From contig CALFML010000712.1 of NCBI GenBank assembly GCA_937879845.1, positions 1 through 12,434 on the forward strand: a DNA stretch of 12,434 nt, written 5' to 3'. The translations under genes were made by a program, and so were the position numbers. The notes under the pieces are model-generated. The model was not told the origin of the DNA and searched no databases. It worked only from the letters and a program-made list of their open reading frames with translations. Position 1 is the first letter of the stretch, and each line of letters opens with the position of its first letter. Below, in pieces: positions 9,415-12,434 of this stretch. The DNA is from an uncultured Myxococcales bacterium (GTDB lineage Bacteria > Myxococcota_A > Polyangia > Palsa-1104 > JAEUJZ01).

Positions 9415-11025
9415 TCAAAACAGCTTCGGATCGAGGCTCGGGAAGAGGTTATCGCGCGACTCGCAATCGGCGACAAACGCTTCGTCGATCGTCCCCGATT
9501 CGAGATCGCTCGCCAGCTTGGTAAAGCGCTGCAGATGCGTCTTGACCCGCGATTCGGCATACGACACCGCCGTCCCGGTCTTCATGATGAACGCCCAATC
9601 CGACGACTGCGCGAGCAGCAGCTCACGTCCGGCTTGGGTGAGCGCCCGCTGAATCAGCGCCTGCTGCGGACTTTCTTGCGGATCTTTGCTCGCAAACTTG
9701 GTCACAAGCTCGTGCAGTCTCGATTCGGCGTGGTGCAGGTGACGGTAAATCCAGTCGTTGCTCTGATCGAGCCACACCGCGGAATAGCCGCCTTCACCCC
9801 ACGACGACGGCGCCGGTTCGCAGACCGCGTTGACGGGATGATCGACAAGATAACCGCTCGCGGTCTGAAGCTGCACGACACTGCCGGGCTCGCTGCACAG
9901 CCGCAGCACTTCGCCCAGAAACATCGGCCCCTCGAACCACCAGTGGCCAAACAGCTCGGCGTCATACGGCGAAACAATCACCGGACGGCGATCCATCCGC
10001 TGCGACAGCCAGGCAATCTGCGCTTGGCGCTTTTCGACGAAGTCCCGCGCATGCTCGCGCGCTTTTGCCCGCGCCAGTTCCGGCTGATACGGCGCTTTGT
10101 CTTGCAGATCGACGCGCGCCCCCGTCACCCGGTGGTACTTGTAGCCGGTGTTGACGCGGATGCCGTCGGGATGAATGTACGGAGCGATCTGCTCAAGCGG
10201 CCTGTCAAAGCCGATGTCGCGATAAAATTCGCGATACACACCGTCGGCGGGATAGCCTTCCGTCGACGACCACACCTGCTTTGATGACATCAGGTCGCGA
10301 CCAAACGCCGCCACGCCAGCGCGGGTGAAAATCGGCGCATGCAGCCCGAGCGGCGGACGCGGTCGCGCATACGTCAGTCCGTGCGCATCCAGGAAGAAGT
10401 AGCGCAGGTCTAGCTCGGCGAGCAGCTCGTCCAGCCCGTCGACGTAGCCACACTCAGGCAGCCAGATGCCGCGCGGATAGCGACCAAAACACTCGCGGTA
10501 GTGACGGACCGCGATAATCAGCTGCGCCCGACGCGCCGACGGCTTTTGCACCACCGGCAGATAGGCATGCGTCGCACAGGTCGTAATCAGTTCGACCGTG
10601 CCGCGATCTTGAAGCTGACCAAATGCCGCGACCAAGTCACTGTCCAGCGAACGCCACAGCGCCCGCAGCTCGGTAAACCGCGACAGGTAAAAGCGCACCA
10701 GCTCCGATTGCGCGGGATCTGCTTTGGCGCGGGTCAGTTCCTCTTCCCCGAGCCGCAGCAGTCTATCGAGATAGCTGCGATAGCGGTCGGTCAAGAGCTT
10801 GTCGCGCAGCATCGAACACAGCGTCGGCGAAAGCGACAGCGTCAGCTTGGGCCCAGATGATGTCGTGCCAAACTTTTGCAGCTCTTGCACAAGCGGCAGA
10901 TACGTCGCGGTGATCGCTTCGTAGAGCCAGTTTTCTTCCAGGTGATAGGAATTTTCGGGGTGGCGCACATACGGCAGGTGCGCGTGAAGCAAAAGAAGCA
11001 GATCACCCCGAGCCGCCGCCGACAT
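9415..11025 (-). CDS. GH57 family 1,4-alpha-glucan branching enzyme-like protein
   Basis: GH57 N-terminus LLLLLHAHLPYVRHPE. Nucleophile motif GIWLPECGY. Acid/base motif SPYDAELFGHWWFEGP. The C-terminal alpha-helical region (...WGEGGYSAVWLDQSNDWIYRHLHHAE...) is characteristic of GH57 branching enzymes (TK1436/TTHA1902 type). Start is chosen at ATG 11025-11023 (MSAAARGDLLLL...). It overlaps the upstream stop by 1 nt (TGATG). The track's first ATG at 11103 would overlap the upstream gene by 78 nt and adds a non-conserved 26-aa extension. Confidence 0.8.
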   Translation of the reverse strand: MSAAARGDLLLLLHAHLPYVRHPENSYHLEENWLYEAITATYLPLVQELQKFGTTSSGPKLTLSLSPTLCSMLRDKLLTDRYRSYLDRLLRLGEEELTRAKADPAQSELVRFYLSRFTELRALWRSLDSDLVAAFGQLQDRGTVELITTCATHAYLPVVQKPSARRAQLIIAVRHYRECFGRYPRGIWLPECGYVDGLDELLAELDLRYFFLDAHGLTYARPRPPLGLHAPIFTRAGVAAFGRDLMSSKQVWSSTEGYPADGVYREFYRDIGFDRPLEQIAPYIHPDGIRVNTGYKYHRVTGARVDLQDKAPYQPELARAKAREHARDFVEKRQAQIAWLSQRMDRRPVIVSPYDAELFGHWWFEGPMFLGEVLRLCSEPGSVVQLQTASGYLVDHPVNAVCEPAPSSWGEGGYSAVWLDQSNDWIYRHLHHAESRLHELVTKFASKDPQESPQQALIQRALTQAGRELLLAQSSDWAFIMKTGTAVSYAESRVKTHLQRFTKLASDLESGTIDEAFVADCESRDNLFPSLDPKLF

Positions 11026-12434
11026 CACAGACCTCCGCTCTTGCCTGGCTGTGGTGTAAGACCACTGCTTGTCGGACTGCTCGACGGAGCATCGACGATC
11101 CATTCCGAGTCCGTCACCGGTAGCTGCCCGGACGGCGGAGAACTCCCCGTCCGCCAGGGAAGCTCACGCTCTTTGTGCGGCGTCTGGGGCCGTGACAGCA
11201 CGATATGTTCACGCTGCCTCCCGTCGCCAGAAACCGGCTGCACATGCGCCCATTCGATCGCGGTTTCCGACGATGGATGCATCGGCGGCAAGCGCACTGA
11301 CTGCGACTGTGCGATCGGCGAAAACAGACCGTCTTTCGACACAAGACCCACCGCCGCCCGCAGGTGCGCCCCGGCTTTCGGTGACTCCAGATATTTTTTG
11401 CCGTGGTGCTGGTGCAGCGAAAGATCGCGAATTTCGCGGTTTTCGCGCCCCTGCGGGAGCTGCGTCGTGATGAACACCCGCAAAATCAGACGGCCATCGC
11501 CTTCAGAAATCCCGAGCTGCGACTGCGCTTGCGCAAGCCCCGCCGCCGTCACTTCCCAGTAGATGAAGTACCAGTGCGGATCTTTGGACAGGATCTCGAC
11601 TTCGTCGCGCCCATACGTTTCGGGCAGCGCGTCATCGTGAGCCGCTCGTCGCCGCTGTTTTGGTTCAGGCGAGCTGTCGCCCTGACCACTGCCATCCTGA
11701 TGTGTAAAAACCGCCGCGGACGACGAGTGCCCGCCGTCGTGTGGTGGTCGTCCGCCTGCTTCCCTGTCTGTCCCGGAACCCATGGCAACTCCAGCTCCGT
11801 CGCGCGCCGCCAAAACGTCGCGGTCTGCAGACGGAGTCCCCCCGGTTAGCTGTCTTGTGGTGGCGATGTCTTTGTGGATCTGCGCGACCAGCTCCGCCAC
11901 CTGGGAAAACTTCTTCTCGTCACGCAGCCGGGCCACAAAGCACAATCGCAGCTCGCAGCCATACAGCGAGGGAAGCGTTTCACCCGCCGCGAGCAAAAGG
12001 TGTGCTTCGACGGAGAGTGGCGACGTTTCGACCGTACCCGGACCCTGGAACGTTGGATTATATCCAAGGTTTACCGCCGCAGGGTGTCTAGCCGCCACAG
12101 GCCGCAACACCGACGGGGACAACGGGTCAATCGGCGCCAAAATTTCCGCCCACGCCGCATAGACACCGGGCCGCAGCTTCACATCCGAATGCACGCGCAG
12201 GTTGGCTGTCGGGACATCGATGGTTCGCCCTCGCCCATGGCCATGCACCACCGTCCCTTCGACCTCGGGAGCCCGCCCAAGCAAAAGCGCCGCCCGGTCG
12301 ACATCCCCGTCGCCAAGCGCCTTGCGAATCAGCGTCGATGAACAGATCAGCGTATCGCCGCTCGCCGTCGAAACCGTGATCGCGCCAAGCTGCAGATCGG
12401 AAGAGCACACGTCTGAACTCCAGTCACGCCAATG
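11025..12434 (-). CDS. ribF: Bifunctional riboflavin kinase/FMN adenylyltransferase (RibF), 5' end off-window, fused in-frame to a ~275-aa C-terminal extension containing a DUF4912-like domain
   Basis: The frame is open to the window edge; the track's start at 12410 is a GTG. The N-terminal part matches the RibF FAD-synthetase C-terminus (ICSSTLIRKALGDGDVDRAALLLGR, compare E. coli ISSTAVRQALADDNLALAESLLG). It also matches the riboflavin kinase domain (VVHGHGRGRTIDVPTANL...GVYA...NLGYNPTF...VEAHLLL...LYG.ELRLCFVARLRDEKKFSQVAELVAQIHKDIATTRQL). Where E. coli RibF ends, this ORF instead continues with no stop. A G/S/D/P-rich linker (residues ~186-267) is followed by KDPHWYFIYWEV...GRLILRVFITTQ...REIRDLSLHQHHGKKYLESPKAGAHLRAAVGLVSKDGLFSPIAQSQSVRLPP (nt ~11280-11609). 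As I recall, this resembles Pfam DUF4912, a family often encoded next to GH57 genes. Stop TGA at 11027-11025. Confidence 0.7.
   Translation of the reverse strand, partial: HWRDWSSDVCSSDLQLGAITVSTASGDTLICSSTLIRKALGDGDVDRAALLLGRAPEVEGTVVHGHGRGRTIDVPTANLRVHSDVKLRPGVYAAWAEILAPIDPLSPSVLRPVAARHPAAVNLGYNPTFQGPGTVETSPLSVEAHLLLAAGETLPSLYGCELRLCFVARLRDEKKFSQVAELVAQIHKDIATTRQLTGGTPSADRDVLAARDGAGVAMGSGTDREAGGRPPHDGGHSSSAAVFTHQDGSGQGDSSPEPKQRRRAAHDDALPETYGRDEVEILSKDPHWYFIYWEVTAAGLAQAQSQLGISEGDGRLILRVFITTQLPQGRENREIRDLSLHQHHGKKYLESPKAGAHLRAAVGLVSKDGLFSPIAQSQSVRLPPMHPSSETAIEWAHVQPVSGDGRQREHIVLSRPQTPHKERELPWRTGSSPPSGQLPVTDSEWIVDAPSSSPTSSGLTPQPGKSGGL

Overview
This is a high-GC (~68-70%) bacterial chromosomal window, read by eye from the sequence with no database search. 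It contains 11 coherent protein-coding genes and one tRNA. The compositional style and the presence of a selenoprotein would fit a Myxococcota/deltaproteobacterial-like genome, but this is a weak inference. From left to right: two tandem, overlapping flotillin/SPFH genes (+ strand); a three-gene minus-strand unit of gyrA, a CDP-alcohol phosphatidyltransferase and a secreted clan GH-A-like glycoside hydrolase, joined by junctions of 0 and 3 intergenic nt; a selenoprotein gene transcribed divergently from gyrA; tRNA-Gly(GCC); an M18 aspartyl aminopeptidase; a GH57 alpha-glucan branching enzyme; and a RibF (FAD synthetase/riboflavin kinase) ORF that continues into a ~275-aa C-terminal extension with a DUF4912-like domain. 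The stand-out feature is the selenoprotein. The six-frame track splits it into the 3' tail of a 428-aa ORF (5972..7258, otherwise antisense to gyrA) and a separate 112-aa ORF (7328..7666). Both are in the same frame and are joined by an in-frame TGA at 7256-7258. Reading through that TGA gives a 224-aa iodothyronine-deiodinase-like thioredoxin-fold protein. It has an N-terminal TM helix, the deiodinase active-site motif FGSFT-U-PPF, and the downstream signatures [12 protein letters not shown] and [21 protein letters not shown]...EEV. A perfect 7-bp stem/GGUC-loop hairpin starts 11 nt after the UGA, which is the geometry and apical loop of a bacterial SECIS element. Several long ORFs in the track are high-GC antisense artefacts. 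No CRISPR arrays, IS elements or rRNA were seen.
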